A stretch of 64,000 bases of DNA, taken from contig JBCKUK010000005.1 in the NCBI GenBank assembly GCA_038924905.1, positions 2,266-66,265 of the forward strand, given 5' to 3'. Both the position numbers and the translations under genes were made by a program. Below are positions 47,823-59,009 of this stretch, one piece after another. This stretch comes from Methylophilaceae bacterium (GTDB lineage Bacteria; Pseudomonadota; Gammaproteobacteria; Burkholderiales; Methylophilaceae). The notes beneath the pieces are model-generated. The model was not told the DNA's origin. It made no database searches and saw nothing but the letters and a program-made list of their open reading frames with translations. The first letter of the stretch is position 1, and every line of letters starts with the position of its first letter.

Positions 47823-49334
47823 CTAACCTAAAAATAGTTTGTAGGCAGGATTTTGTGTTTCATCCCAGTATGGATAACCTAGCTTATCTAGGAAATCAGC
47901 AAACCCAGATAGTTCATTCGGCGGCACTTGCATACCAACCAGCACGCGCCCGTAGTCCGCGCCGTGGTTGCGATAATGGAATAAGCTAATGTTCCAGCCT
48001 TGACCCATAGCGTCCAGGAACTTCATCAATGCGCCCGGTCTTTCAGGAAACTCAAAGCGATACACTTGCTCATGTTGCGCCTGTGGCGCACGGCCGCCAA
48101 CCAAGTAGCGCAAATGCAGTTTAGCGAATTCGTTATTGGTCAAATCGAGTGCTGGCAAGTCGTGTTGCTTAAGCATTTCAACCAGATGACCAGATTCCTT
48201 GCTGTCCAGAATGGCAACCCCTACAAAAATGTGCGCTTCTTTTGCATCTGAGTAACGATAATTAAATTCGGTGATGCTGCGATTGCCGAGCAGACGGCAG
48301 AAATTTTTAAACGAACCAGGTTTTTCTGGGATAGTGACGGCTAGTACGGCTTCGCGGTTTTCTCCGATCTCAGCGCGCTCAGCAATAAAACGCAGACGGT
48401 CAAAATTCATATTAGCGCCAGAGGCGATGCCGATGATGGTTTTGCCATGCAGGCGATTACGTTTGACGTACTCTTTGATACCAGCAGTCGCAAGCGCGCC
48501 AGCTGGCTCCAAAATAGAGCGCGTATCCTCGAACACATCTTTGATGGCAGCGCAGATGGCATCGTTGTCCACTACAATCATTTCATCCACATATTCCTGA
48601 CACAGCCGGAAAGTTTCTTCTCCTACCTGCTTGACGGCTGCGCCATCGGCAAACAGTCCAACTTGCTCTAACATTACGCGCTTGCCCGCCTTGAGCGATT
48701 GCATCATCGCGTCCGCGTCCACAGCTTCTACGCCTATTACCTTAATTTCTGGCCGCAATTGTTTGACATAGGCGGCTATGCCGGCAATCAAGCCACCACC
48801 GCCGACAGAGCAGAAAATCGCGTCAATCGGCTCGGGATGCTCATTCAATATTTCCATGGCAATCGTGCCTTGGCCTGCGATGACGTCCGGGTCATCGTAA
48901 GGGTGCACAAACGTTAGATTTTCTGATTTTTCGAGCTCTAGTGCATGTAAATAGGCATCAGAGTAAGAATCGCCAGAAAGAACAACTTCTGCACCACGGG
49001 CTTTGACTGCATCTACCTTGATTTGCGGCGTTGTGGTTGGCATCACGATAACAGCGCGGCAGCCTAATTTCTGCGCCGCTAACGCTACGCCCTGAGCATG
49101 GTTGCCGGCAGAGGCTGCAATCACCCCTCGCTTTAGTTTTTCTAAAGGGAGATTCGCCATTTTGTTATGAGCACCGCGCAATTTAAATGAAAATACCGGC
49201 TGCATATCTTCGCGCTTGAGCAATATGCGGTTGCCAAGACGAGCAGACAAGTTTGGCTGAAATTCAAGCGGGGTTTTGACGGCGACATCATAAACACGCG
49301 CGGTACGGATTTTTTCCAGATAGTCGTTTTTCAT
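47823..49334 (-). CDS. ilvA: biosynthetic threonine ammonia-lyase (threonine dehydratase)
   Basis: PLP motif FSFKLRGAHN, GGGGLIAG, and two C-terminal regulatory domains. 503 aa. Confidence 0.9.
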   Translation of the reverse strand: MKNDYLEKIRTARVYDVAVKTPLEFQPNLSARLGNRILLKREDMQPVFSFKLRGAHNKMANLPLEKLKRGVIAASAGNHAQGVALAAQKLGCRAVIVMPTTTPQIKVDAVKARGAEVVLSGDSYSDAYLHALELEKSENLTFVHPYDDPDVIAGQGTIAMEILNEHPEPIDAIFCSVGGGGLIAGIAAYVKQLRPEIKVIGVEAVDADAMMQSLKAGKRVMLEQVGLFADGAAVKQVGEETFRLCQEYVDEMIVVDNDAICAAIKDVFEDTRSILEPAGALATAGIKEYVKRNRLHGKTIIGIASGANMNFDRLRFIAERAEIGENREAVLAVTIPEKPGSFKNFCRLLGNRSITEFNYRYSDAKEAHIFVGVAILDSKESGHLVEMLKQHDLPALDLTNNEFAKLHLRYLVGGRAPQAQHEQVYRFEFPERPGALMKFLDAMGQGWNISLFHYRNHGADYGRVLVGMQVPPNELSGFADFLDKLGYPYWDETQNPAYKLFLG

Positions 49335-49452
49335 TATGTGGGCTGCGGTGTATGATTCAAGGTTATATTTTTCTTAAGATTCAAAACTATCATTATAAAG
49401 AAAACACAGCAGTATAAAGAAAACAACAAAGAAAACGTAGGAGTAAAAGTAA

Positions 49453-50109
49453 ATGGCAACGCAGGACGAATTAAAGCAGCAGGTGGCACAGGCCGCCATT
49501 GCATATGTTAAGAGTGGCATCATTGGCGTGGGTACAGGCTCTACCGCTAATTTTTTTATAGATGAATTAGCCAAGGTAAAAAGCAAAATTGATGGTGCAG
49601 TCGCCAGCTCCGAGGCCACGGCGCAACGTCTCCGCGCCAACGGTATTGAAGTGTTTGACCTGAATAGCGTGGATGGTATGGATATTTATGTCGATGGCGC
49701 GGATGAAATTACCGAACATTTGCATATGCTAAAAGGCGGCGGTGGTGCATTGACGCGTGAGAAAATCGTGGCTGCCTGTGCTAAAAGTTTTATTTGTATT
49801 TGTGACGAGAGTAAATTAGTGCCCGTGCTGGGTAAGTTTCCTTTGCCGGTAGAGGTATTGCCAATGGCACGCAGCTATGTGGCACGTGAACTGGTGAAGC
49901 TGGGCGGGCAACCCAGGCTGCGCGACTTTACCACGAACAATGGCAATGTGATTCTGGATGTCTGGGGTTTGACGATTCTCGATCCTGTTGCGATGGAAGC
50001 CAGAATCAATCAAATTGTTGGCGTAGTTACCAACGGCCTGTTTGCGGCGCGGCCAGCGGATATATTGTTGTTAGCAACATCCAATGGGGTAAAAACGTAC
50101 AAACGTTAA
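49453..50109 (+). CDS. rpiA: ribose-5-phosphate isomerase A
   Basis: [21 protein letters not shown] and [13 protein letters not shown] motifs. Confidence 0.9.
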   Translation: MATQDELKQQVAQAAIAYVKSGIIGVGTGSTANFFIDELAKVKSKIDGAVASSEATAQRLRANGIEVFDLNSVDGMDIYVDGADEITEHLHMLKGGGGALTREKIVAACAKSFICICDESKLVPVLGKFPLPVEVLPMARSYVARELVKLGGQPRLRDFTTNNGNVILDVWGLTILDPVAMEARINQIVGVVTNGLFAARPADILLLATSNGVKTYKR

Positions 50110-50195
50110 ATGTTTGAATATAAAGTGACATAAAATTGTCATACTCGGGCGTTAAGCTACTAAATTTGTAGCGTCCAAACTAAAGGGATAGCACC

Positions 50196-50903
50196 ATGCA
50201 GTCTGAACATACTTTTAAGCAATACGATGCTGAGTTGGAGGCCGTGCGCGCCAAGGTTCTGGAAATGGGCGGCCTGGTTGAACAGCAGATTGTGAACGCG
50301 ATGGATGCGCTGGTAAATGCCAATTTATCTCTGGCACAGAGTGTTATTGATAGTGATCATCGGGTAAATGGGCTGGAAGTCCAGGTGGATGAAGACTGTA
50401 GCCGCATCATTGTTCGTCGCCAGCCTGCTGCGGGTGATCTGCGCATGGTAATGATGATGGTTAAAACTATTACCGACCTTGAGCGCATAGGCGATGAAGC
50501 TACCAAGATTGCCCGCGTCGCACAAAAAATTTACGAAACTGACCGCATGTACTCACCGCGTTTTACGGAAATCAAAAACATGGTGAGCTTGGTGCGCGAG
50601 ATGTTGCATACCGCGCTAGACGCTTTTGCCCGCCTGGATGATACAAAGACGGTAGAAGTCGCGCGTCAGGATGAGCAGGTGGATGATCAATTTACCGCTG
50701 CCACTCGTCAGCTCATCACTTTTATGCTGGAAGACCCGCGTACCATTTCAATGTCGCTGGAAGTACTGTTTGTAGCCAAAGCCATTGAGCGCATTGGGGA
50801 TCACGCCAAGAATATCACCGAATATGTGGTGTATATGGTGAAAGGCAAAGATGTACGCCACATTACAGTTGAAGAGATGGAACGCGAAACCTTGCAGTCG
50901 TGA
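50196..50903 (+). CDS. phoU: phosphate signaling complex protein PhoU
   Basis: Two PhoU repeats, each with an E(R)IGD motif (DLERIGDEATKIA, AIERIGDHAKNI). Confidence 0.9.
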   Translation: MQSEHTFKQYDAELEAVRAKVLEMGGLVEQQIVNAMDALVNANLSLAQSVIDSDHRVNGLEVQVDEDCSRIIVRRQPAAGDLRMVMMMVKTITDLERIGDEATKIARVAQKIYETDRMYSPRFTEIKNMVSLVREMLHTALDAFARLDDTKTVEVARQDEQVDDQFTAATRQLITFMLEDPRTISMSLEVLFVAKAIERIGDHAKNITEYVVYMVKGKDVRHITVEEMERETLQS

Positions 50904-50937
50904 TTGCGTGTGGTTTAATCCGGACTCAGCTTGACTT

Positions 50938-51210
50938 TTAAGCCTTAGGTGGCACATAGCCCTCAGCAACATCAGCACCAGCGCCAAAGAAGTAGGCCTC
51001 AGTCTGCTGCGTTAAATATTTTCGCGCTGCCGGATCGGCCAGGCTTAACCTGTTTTCATTCACTAGCATGGTTTGTTGTTTTAACCATGTTGCCCAAGCT
51101 TCTTTCGAAACGTTTTCATAGATACGCTTACCTAGTTCACCGGGATAAGGCGGGAAATCCATACCTTCAGCTTCGTGGCCGAGTTTAATACAATTTACGG
51201 TTCTTGCCAT
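50938..51210 (-). CDS. yggX: Fe(2+)-trafficking protein YggX
   Basis: [39 protein letters not shown] matches YggX. The internal ATG 51210 is preferred over the longer track ORF. Confidence 0.85.
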   Translation of the reverse strand: MARTVNCIKLGHEAEGMDFPPYPGELGKRIYENVSKEAWATWLKQQTMLVNENRLSLADPAARKYLTQQTEAYFFGAGADVAEGYVPPKA

Positions 51211-51337
51211 GGCATTTCTCGATGTATGAATTAAAGCCAACATCATAGCGCAAGGGTCGAGGCAGGGCGAGGGCTGCATGCCTCAATGAGCCAGCACTGC
51301 ATGTCGAAGTATGCATGTCAACATGCAGTTTTGTGGC

Positions 51338-53419
51338 TTAGAATTCACCGCGCAGGCCAAATAACAAAGAACGTCCGCCCAGCGGGGCAATGTCTTTCAA
51401 GAACGAGCCATGTTCACGGATTTCCTCATCCAGAAGATTTCTTGCCTTGGCAAATGCTTCAAGCCCTAGGCCTTTAAGATCAAAAGCGGTCTTGAATTTA
51501 TAAGTGAATGTAGCATTGACCAGCGTATAGCCATCGGTCGCCAGTTCATTATCGGCGGTACGATCCTGCTTAAAGCCGCACAATACATCCAGGCGCGAGC
51601 CGAACTGGTCAAGTTTGTAATCCAGACCGAAACCCAGCCGCATGGGCGAAATGCGCGGTAGGGGTTCACCGGTGTCGCGGTTGGTGGCACGTACATAATC
51701 GCCGCGCAAATTTAAATCCAGGCTACCGAGGCTTTCATATATCCTGAATTTAGCCTCAGATTCAAAGCCCTTGAAAATAGCCGAAACTGCGTCAATCATT
51801 GCTTCTGCGAGTTCACCATTGGGGTCTGGATCGCCATCTATATCAACCGTATTGCCTGTGTTGAAGGTGGTGATGAAATTATTAAAGCGCGTATAAAAAC
51901 CGCCAATACTGAATGAGTGCTTGCCCGACTTCCAGCGCAATTGCGCATCTAGGCCGTTGGAGCGCTCCGGACTTAATGAAGAATCTCCAATTTCAAATTG
52001 ACCGGTGGCAAGGTGAGGGCCATTGGCAAACAGTTCATTCTGGGTTGGTGCACGCTCGGTATGTGTCAAGTTAGTGCCGAGACTCCAGTTTTCATTGAAG
52101 CTATAAAGTGCCCCCGCTGATAAATTTCGCGGGATGAAATCTTTGGACTGCGCAGCGCCAAATTTACCACCACCAGCAGAGTCAACCCTTGCTTTATCAA
52201 TACGGCCTCCCATGGATAGCTTGAGTTGATCTATGGGAAGTTCTTCATAGAGATAAATACCCTGGCTGACAGTTTGCGTGGAAGGAACAAACGCTTCATC
52301 TCCTAAAGCCGAAAATCTGACATTCTGGAATTGCAAGCCAAGCACGCCAGACAGGTTGCCGATATTGCCGTGCGCAGCCTCTAGCGTACCCTCCATTCCG
52401 CGATTGAGAAATATGGTGCCTACTTCCCCACCCTCAATTTCCTGATGCTTGTAATCGGTGTGCGCAATGCGGAATTTGACGCGGTTAATAAATATTCCCA
52501 AATCGCGGGCTTCCGAAGAGAAATCCCAGCGGTCACTATCCATTACGATACTTACCCCGGGTTCGGCTACGGTGCCGTACTCGCTATTAAAGGCGGAATA
52601 AGACAGGCCGACATAACCGCTGTCAAAGGTTAGCGAGGCGCCCAACGCACCGCCATCGCCTTCCGAGGCGCTGTTGACCAAGCGTCCACGGGATATGCGC
52701 GGCGTACCATCATCTTCACTTTTTCTTTTTGAAACGGCGAACCCCGGAATACCGAGGTCATCCGTTTCGCGCTTATAGGCATCCGCATGGATAGCCAGCG
52801 TACCGTTGCCGGCATCGATTACTGCGGCGGCGCTTCTTTCAGCATCCGCACCACCGAACCTTGCCTCACCGCGGCCAATAATACCAACCAGTTTTTCTTT
52901 AGGGATGCGGTGATCAACCACGTTTACTACGCCGCCAACGGCGCCTGAACCATATAGCACTGTAGCTGGACCGCGTATCACGTCAATTTGCTCCGCAATC
53001 AGCGTATCTATAGATACCGCATGATCCGGGCTAAGTGCTGAAGCATCAAGTATACCTACACCATTTTGCATGATCCTTACACGGTCGCCATCCATGCCGC
53101 GAATCACAGGTCTGGAGGCGTTTGGACCAAAATAGCTGGAGCTTACACCCGGGATTGAATTCAAGGTTTCACCCAAAGTACTTTCGCGGCGTAGCGAAAG
53201 ATCACGCCCGTTAAGTACGGCAACAGGTACGACCAGATCATCCGAATCAGCACCTAGCGGATTGCCCGTGACTACTATTGACTGAGCCTCGAGATTAATA
53301 GCTTTTTCATCTGCGGCAGCGGTGTCTATCAGGACAGGAGAATTACTTAAGACAATGGTAACAGCCATTGCAATAGGTTTGCGCGCAAGCATACGCACCA
53401 TACTGGTATTTTTAATCAT
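51338..53419 (-). CDS. TonB-dependent outer-membrane receptor (probably metal/copper type)
   Basis: Plug motifs (IDVIRGPATVLYGSGAVGGVVNVV), a beta-barrel and terminal Phe (LRGEF). A DUF2946 gene lies upstream. Start is either ATG 53419 or TTG 53434. Confidence 0.8.
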   Translation of the reverse strand: MIKNTSMVRMLARKPIAMAVTIVLSNSPVLIDTAAADEKAINLEAQSIVVTGNPLGADSDDLVVPVAVLNGRDLSLRRESTLGETLNSIPGVSSSYFGPNASRPVIRGMDGDRVRIMQNGVGILDASALSPDHAVSIDTLIAEQIDVIRGPATVLYGSGAVGGVVNVVDHRIPKEKLVGIIGRGEARFGGADAERSAAAVIDAGNGTLAIHADAYKRETDDLGIPGFAVSKRKSEDDGTPRISRGRLVNSASEGDGGALGASLTFDSGYVGLSYSAFNSEYGTVAEPGVSIVMDSDRWDFSSEARDLGIFINRVKFRIAHTDYKHQEIEGGEVGTIFLNRGMEGTLEAAHGNIGNLSGVLGLQFQNVRFSALGDEAFVPSTQTVSQGIYLYEELPIDQLKLSMGGRIDKARVDSAGGGKFGAAQSKDFIPRNLSAGALYSFNENWSLGTNLTHTERAPTQNELFANGPHLATGQFEIGDSSLSPERSNGLDAQLRWKSGKHSFSIGGFYTRFNNFITTFNTGNTVDIDGDPDPNGELAEAMIDAVSAIFKGFESEAKFRIYESLGSLDLNLRGDYVRATNRDTGEPLPRISPMRLGFGLDYKLDQFGSRLDVLCGFKQDRTADNELATDGYTLVNATFTYKFKTAFDLKGLGLEAFAKARNLLDEEIREHGSFLKDIAPLGGRSLLFGLRGEF

Positions 53420-53484
53420 TGCATCCTCGCACAAAGAAAAGTAACGCCAGCCTTGACTACAGGCTGGGCAGCAATTACAGAGTT

Positions 53485-53799
53485 TTATGCGAGGTGCGGG
53501 GGAGCGCGAGCAGAGTAAGAGGTGAGGGCGGGACTACGGTGATTGTTAGAGCTGAATAATGTTGTCTCAAAACCCGCAGCTAATACGGCTACAGAGAAAT
53601 AGCTGACACCAAGCGCATGGGCTAGTCCACTAAAGCTTAGACATTGGCCGCAAGTGCCAGAATGAGGTGCTTTATCCTGTTGTTGTGATGCTGGGTTAAA
53701 GTCAGCATAGTGCGAAATTTCATGCACAGCAACACCCTGCTGGGCAAGGACGAAGACCAGGGCGAGGGAAAGAGTGAGAATTAGACGGCGCAACATCAC
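53485..53799 (-). CDS. DUF2946-like small exported protein
   Basis: Signal peptide, HEISH and CGQC motifs. This is the usual position upstream of copper-type TonB receptors. Confidence 0.6.
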   Translation of the reverse strand: MMLRRLILTLSLALVFVLAQQGVAVHEISHYADFNPASQQQDKAPHSGTCGQCLSFSGLAHALGVSYFSVAVLAAGFETTLFSSNNHRSPALTSYSARAPPHLA

Positions 53800-53850
53800 T
53801 ATGAGTTTAGCAGAAAATTTTAAGCAATAGGTTGTGTCGACATGTCAGGC

Positions 53851-54099
53851 CTAATCCAAAAGTTTCGCAATCGCTCTTAATTCCACGTTTGCATCCGGGT
53901 AGTCTTCATATTTAGCCTGCGTGCGGGCATACCAATAGCGGCTATTGGACTCATCCCCTTCAATTTTATGCAACACCGCATGAATCCAGCAGGCCATAGC
54001 GTCATTTGATTCCTGGGCGATTTTGTGCGCCTGATCCCATTCGCCGTTTAGAGCGAAAGTGACTGCCTGGGCTAACTGTATGTTCAGTTCAGTGTTCAT
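53851..54099 (-). CDS. hypothetical 82-aa protein
   Basis: Clean ORF with codon usage like its neighbours. No recognisable motif. Confidence 0.4.
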   Translation of the reverse strand: MNTELNIQLAQAVTFALNGEWDQAHKIAQESNDAMACWIHAVLHKIEGDESNSRYWYARTQAKYEDYPDANVELRAIAKLLD

Positions 54100-54122
54100 G
54101 CCGTTGTCTCAAGTTGTATGCG

Positions 54123-55010
54123 TTAGCGCTTTTTCGCACGCGGATGAGCGGCATCATACACTTTGGCTAGATGTTGGAAGTCGAGGTGGGTATACACCTG
54201 CGTTGTGCTGATGTTGGCATGGCCGAGCATCTCTTGTACGGCGCGCAGATCGCCACTGGATTGCAGCACGTGTGTAGCAAAACTGTGGCGTAACATATGT
54301 GGGTGTACATCACTATTGATGCCTTGTTTGATTGCCCATTCCTTGATTCGATACTGCACTGCACGTGCCGTGAGTCTGCGGCCTTTTTGGTTGGTAAAAA
54401 TTGCATGTTCTTCAGCGCTGCTAATCGCCATGCGAGCCTGTAGCCAGGCACGAATAGCGCTGATTGCATGGCTACCAACCGGTACGATGCGGGTTTTATT
54501 GCCTTTACCAGTCACGGTCACCGTGCCGTTGTGTAAATCCAGCGCATCAATATTGAGCCCAACCAGCTCTGCCAAACGCAAGCCAGAAGAATAAAATAAT
54601 TCCAGGATAGCGCGATCTCGTAGCGTCAGCGGGTCGTTGCCTTCAATGGCAACCAGTTTTACAGCCTGGTCAGTGGATAAAGCCTGGGGCAAAGACTTGG
54701 GAGATTTTGGTGCATGTATGCCAATGCAGGGGTTGTTGCCAAATTCGTAGCGCTGGGCGAGAAAATTAAAAAATCCACGCCAACTTGAAAGAATGCGCGC
54801 AATGCTTTTGCCACCTAGGCCGCGGCTATTCATGGCGGCGACAAAGCGCCGAATGTGCGTTGTTTTTAATGCTTGCAGTGTTTCTTTGTCGGCCAACTCC
54901 ATCAGCAGCCGAATGTCTCGCGTGTAATTTTCGCAGGTAAGCGGACTTAAGCCGCGCTCAAAAGTGAGGTAATCCTGATACTTTGCCAAAAGACTAACGG
55001 TCGAGTCCAA
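54123..55010 (-). CDS. xerC: tyrosine recombinase XerC
   Basis: R...HxxR...Y catalytic pattern (GLRLAEL, HMLRHSFATHVL, LGHANISTTQVYTH). dapF-DUF484-xerC synteny. Confidence 0.88.
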   Translation of the reverse strand: MDSTVSLLAKYQDYLTFERGLSPLTCENYTRDIRLLMELADKETLQALKTTHIRRFVAAMNSRGLGGKSIARILSSWRGFFNFLAQRYEFGNNPCIGIHAPKSPKSLPQALSTDQAVKLVAIEGNDPLTLRDRAILELFYSSGLRLAELVGLNIDALDLHNGTVTVTGKGNKTRIVPVGSHAISAIRAWLQARMAISSAEEHAIFTNQKGRRLTARAVQYRIKEWAIKQGINSDVHPHMLRHSFATHVLQSSGDLRAVQEMLGHANISTTQVYTHLDFQHLAKVYDAAHPRAKKR

Positions 55011-55025
55011 CTGGTTTGGGTTCTC

Positions 55026-55709
55026 CTAAGCTATATATCGTAGTAGCGCCGCACTGACCAATTCACCAATTCGCCTAACGTAGAGCGTTCCCATTTCCGG
55101 GTAAAAGCGTTGCTCGTCCTCAGATGCCATTGCCAGCAAACCAAATACTTTCTCGCCGCGCAGTGCAATTAAAGCGAATGATTTTGGCGCGGCATCTGCA
55201 CCGAACCAGCTATCGAGCTCCAGCCCCTGGCGATGACCGCAGTACGGCGTAACCAGGCTTTGCACCCAACTTTTTAGCTCACTATTGACTGACTGAAATA
55301 CTTCGTTGGTGCTATCCAAATCATTTTGTGGGGCAGCCCACAGGCGTATTCCCACGTGAGGCACGGAGAAATCTTCCTGCAAATTGTGTACCAGTAACTG
55401 CATTAGCACTGCAAAATTTTGTGTAGCGAGCAAACCGAGGCTTAATAGATGCACTTTATCGCTGATAGCGTCATTTTCGACACCATATCGAAGAAATTCA
55501 GCGCATTTAGTCTCTAATACGCGGATTTTATCGCGCTGCGCTAGTTGTTGGCGTTCTGTGAGCGAAACGGTGCCGTTACCATGCGGGCTGGGTAGGTATA
55601 TCTCGGTAAGCAGTGCAGGGTTGTGTTCAAAAAATTGCGGATTTTCGTGCAGATAAGCAGCAACCTGTTCTTCAGTTGCTTGTTCATTGTTTTTTTCTTG
55701 AGATGCCAT
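55026..55709 (-). CDS. DUF484 (YigA-like) protein
   Basis: Position between dapF and xerC. N-terminus VAAYLHENPQFFEHNPALL is typical. Confidence 0.75.
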   Translation of the reverse strand: MASQEKNNEQATEEQVAAYLHENPQFFEHNPALLTEIYLPSPHGNGTVSLTERQQLAQRDKIRVLETKCAEFLRYGVENDAISDKVHLLSLGLLATQNFAVLMQLLVHNLQEDFSVPHVGIRLWAAPQNDLDSTNEVFQSVNSELKSWVQSLVTPYCGHRQGLELDSWFGADAAPKSFALIALRGEKVFGLLAMASEDEQRFYPEMGTLYVRRIGELVSAALLRYIA

Positions 55710-55754
55710 AGTCGTTCCCTGAGTAAAATTAAACGCAATAAAAATTAAACAAAC

Positions 55755-56591
55755 CTACTCTACCAACTCAATTTTCCCTTCAAACACGGCCGCCGCTGGG
55801 CCTGTCATCCACACCCGGGTACGTTCACCAGCCCATGAGATATCAAGCTCACCACCGCGCATGGACACCTTTACCGGCGATTGCAACAATCCAAGCCGAA
55901 TGCCAGCCACAACCGCGGCGCAAGCGCCTGTCCCGCATGCGAGCGTTTCGCCGCTACCGCGCTCAAATACGCGAAGGCGTATGTGGTGCGCATCTACAAT
56001 CTGCATAAAACCCGCGTTTACTCGCTGCGGGAAGCATGCGTGCGATTCAATCAACGGACCCTGTAGTGCAACGGGTGCGGTATCTACATCATCCACTATT
56101 TGTACTGCATGCGGGTTGCCCACAGACAAAGTCGAAATATTTATTTGTGAGCCTGCTACATCTATGGTGTAGGTTAATGCCGTTTCATCAGAAACAAACG
56201 GAATATCTTTGGGTGCAAAATGCGGCTCGCCCATATTCACCGTCACCTGGCCGTTGTTTTCCAATTTGAGTGTAATGATGCCGTTGGCGGTCTCTACACG
56301 AATTTCGGTTTTTGGCGTCAAACCTTTGTCGTGCACAAACCTTACAAAACAGCGTGCACCATTGCCACATTGTTCTACTTCGTAACCATCGGCGTTAAAT
56401 ATGCGATAGCGAAAATCTGCATTGGCCTGCGTCGGTTTTTCCACCAGTAAAAGCTGATCACAACCCACACCAAAATGCCTGTCCGCAACTTGGCGAATTT
56501 GCTCAGGCGTTAGAGCAACCGCTTGCGAGATAGCATCAATGACCACAAAGTCGTTGCCTATGCCCTGCATTTTGGTAAATTCAAGTTTCAT
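55755..56591 (-). CDS. dapF: diaminopimelate epimerase
   Basis: [15 protein letters not shown], two catalytic Cys motifs ([17 protein letters not shown]). Confidence 0.92.
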   Translation of the reverse strand: MKLEFTKMQGIGNDFVVIDAISQAVALTPEQIRQVADRHFGVGCDQLLLVEKPTQANADFRYRIFNADGYEVEQCGNGARCFVRFVHDKGLTPKTEIRVETANGIITLKLENNGQVTVNMGEPHFAPKDIPFVSDETALTYTIDVAGSQINISTLSVGNPHAVQIVDDVDTAPVALQGPLIESHACFPQRVNAGFMQIVDAHHIRLRVFERGSGETLACGTGACAAVVAGIRLGLLQSPVKVSMRGGELDISWAGERTRVWMTGPAAAVFEGKIELVE

Positions 56592-56688
56592 TAAAGCCGG
56601 CTACTTATTAAATTGCACATTTCACACATTGTAGGGGAATGCACCTTTAGGCGGTAGCAATGCAGTTTGTAGATGGTAACTTAACACG

Positions 56689-57510
56689 CTAAGGCCGTTT
56701 AAAACGACCATAGCTCCATAGGTATTGTTCGGGACATTTGCGCACCAGTCGCTCGATGCCGTTGTTGATGTTTTGCGGTGTTGGCTCTGCCCCCAGTGGC
56801 TCGATATGAATGATATAGCCGCGTCCCCAGGACAGGCGCTCGCCAAAAGCCAGCAATACAACAGCTTGCGAAGATTTAGCCAGTTTTCCCACTAGGGCCA
56901 TGGTGTAGGCAGGTTGCCCAAAGAAATTTGCCCACTCACCTTCATCCGGTTCGGGTACCTGGTCCGGTAAAATACCCACGGCCTCGCCTTGTTTCAAAGC
57001 GCGCAACAATGTGCGTATGCCACTTAGGTTAGTGGGCGCCAATTTTACCAGCCCACGGTTGCGGCCTCCCTCAATCAAAGCTGCGAGTCGGCCGTCGCGT
57101 GGTGGCCGATACAGCACGCTAATCGGGTGCCGTGCAGCATAGTAGAGCGAAGTGATTTCATAGCAGCCCAAGTGTGGCGTCAGGAAAATAATGCCGCGTT
57201 TCTCGGCCAAGGCAGCTTCAACATGCTCCCAGCCCTGACAATCTTTCACTAATTTCAATACCGAGTTTAACGGTCTGAACCATATGACAAAAGCTTCCAG
57301 CAAACCCTTACCGGTTTCGCCTATGCTTTTGTTCACCAACCGCCGCTGCGCTTGTTCAGAGTCAGCTATATTGACCAGCGCAAGGTTTCTGCGCGTACGT
57401 TTGCCAAATGATTCTTTAGAAAAATAAAGCATCCAACCACTCACCACACCAAGGGCGTGAATAAAAGGCAAGGGCAGGCTGGCGAAGACTCGAAGTAATG
57501 CTTTTAGCAT
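56689..57510 (-). CDS. lipid A biosynthesis acyltransferase family protein (LpxL/HtrB-like)
   Basis: Lysophospholipid acyltransferase pattern (IFLTPHLGCYE, ILPDQVP). ATG 57510 is preferred, but 57561 is possible. Confidence 0.7.
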   Translation of the reverse strand: MLKALLRVFASLPLPFIHALGVVSGWMLYFSKESFGKRTRRNLALVNIADSEQAQRRLVNKSIGETGKGLLEAFVIWFRPLNSVLKLVKDCQGWEHVEAALAEKRGIIFLTPHLGCYEITSLYYAARHPISVLYRPPRDGRLAALIEGGRNRGLVKLAPTNLSGIRTLLRALKQGEAVGILPDQVPEPDEGEWANFFGQPAYTMALVGKLAKSSQAVVLLAFGERLSWGRGYIIHIEPLGAEPTPQNINNGIERLVRKCPEQYLWSYGRFKRP

Positions 57511-57575
57511 GAAGTTCTTTTTGAAACCGGTCGAATTTGCTATTCTAGCAATCTTTTTCACGAATCGATGGCAAT

Positions 57576-58766
57576 ATGAACGAATACTTGTTTACCTCCG
57601 AATCTGTCTCTGAAGGTCATCCTGATAAGGTAGCCGACCAAATTTCTGATGCTATCGTCGATGCCATTCTGGCGCAGGATAAGCATTCCCGTATTGCTGC
57701 CGAGACGTTGGTGAGTACCGGGTTGGTGATACTGGCCGGTGAGATTACGACCGACGCCAAAGTGGACTATGCCAAGGTGGCGCGCGAGACTGTGCGCCAT
57801 ATAGGGTATGCTGACCCCGCTCTGCGCTTCGATGCCGATGGCTGTTCTGTTCATGTCTGCTATGGTCAGCAAAGTGCCAATATTGCCCAAGGCGTGAACG
57901 CGGCCTATGACGACAACTTGGACCAAGGCGCTGGCGACCAAGGGCTGATGTTTGGCTATGCTTGTGATGAAACGCCGCAATTGATGCCATTGCCGATTTG
58001 GCTCGCGCATCGTCTGATGGAGCGCCAATCCCAGTTACGTAAGGACGGTCGTCTGCCTTGGCTACGTCCTGACGCCAAGTCCCAAGTTACACTCAAATAT
58101 GTCAACGGCAGGCCCGACAGCATCGACACGGTGGTGCTTTCTACCCAGCATGATCCGGATATGGCGGAAGGCCCGCGGAGCAATCGACGTATGAAGCAGG
58201 CCGCTATTGATGCTATCATCGAAGACATCATCCAGCCCGTGCTGCCTAAGGAGCTTATAAAGGGTGACATCAAGTACCTAGTGAACCCCACTGGTGCGTT
58301 TGAGATTGGCGGCCCCCATGGTGATGTCGGTCTCACGGGCCGCAAGATTATTGTGGATACCTACGGCGGCGCAGCACCACACGGGGGTGGCGCTTTCTCG
58401 GGTAAAGATCCTTCCAAGGTCGACCGTTCCGCCGCCTATGCTGCCCGTTATGTGGCCAAGAACATTGTAGCGGCAGGCTTGGCAAGCAAGTGCATTGTAC
58501 AAATTTCTTATGCCATTGGTGTGTCGCGCCCAACCAGTGTCATGGTGGAAACCTATGGCACGGGTAAAGTTTCAAATGAAGTGCTTACCCAATTAGTGCT
58601 TGATCATTTCGACTTGCGCCCTAAGGGCATTGTCAAAATGCTGGATTTGTTACGGCCGATTTACCAGAAGACCGCCGCATATGGCCATTTTGGGCGTGAT
58701 GAGCCAGAGTTTACCTGGGAGGCTACAGATAAGGCTGCTGCATTAAAGGCGGCGGCCGGTATTTAA
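57576..58766 (+). CDS. metK: S-adenosylmethionine synthase
   Basis: [25 protein letters not shown] and [19 protein letters not shown] motifs. Confidence 0.95.
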   Translation: MNEYLFTSESVSEGHPDKVADQISDAIVDAILAQDKHSRIAAETLVSTGLVILAGEITTDAKVDYAKVARETVRHIGYADPALRFDADGCSVHVCYGQQSANIAQGVNAAYDDNLDQGAGDQGLMFGYACDETPQLMPLPIWLAHRLMERQSQLRKDGRLPWLRPDAKSQVTLKYVNGRPDSIDTVVLSTQHDPDMAEGPRSNRRMKQAAIDAIIEDIIQPVLPKELIKGDIKYLVNPTGAFEIGGPHGDVGLTGRKIIVDTYGGAAPHGGGAFSGKDPSKVDRSAAYAARYVAKNIVAAGLASKCIVQISYAIGVSRPTSVMVETYGTGKVSNEVLTQLVLDHFDLRPKGIVKMLDLLRPIYQKTAAYGHFGRDEPEFTWEATDKAAALKAAAGI

Positions 58767-58833
58767 TGTCGCAAGAAACATGCGTCAGTAATTTTGCAAA
58801 AAGATAATTTCGCTTTATAATTAGGTAAATAGA

Positions 58834-58917
58834 CCGAGGAACGTTGCGAAGCCGCACCAAATCAAATGGCTCCAGGCTCGGTTGCGGGAGATTAGTCTCC
58901 CGTCGAACGGCGTTCAC
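58834..58917 (+). promoter_or_regulatory. SAH (S-adenosylhomocysteine) riboswitch
   Basis: CCGAGGAACGTTGCGAAGCC...GGCTCCAGGCTCGG...CGAACGGCGTTCAC matches the conserved SAH element core. It lies about 90 nt upstream of ahcY. Confidence 0.8.
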
Positions 58918-59009
58918 TTAACTAACCGTGCCGGACACGGAAGTTGTGTGAATAGCGTCAAAAAACTTTTCAGCACTTCCCTCCGGCCACACCATTCAAG
59001 GATATAGAA

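Noticed and set aside
49374-49640. 88-aa ORF antisense to the rpiA start.
   Set aside because: It overlaps the rpiA 5' end and the divergent promoter region, and has low-complexity hydrophobic composition.
57558-58345. ORFs antisense to metK (57558..58028, 57956..58345).
   Set aside because: metK on the plus strand is unambiguous. The antisense frames have no recognisable features.
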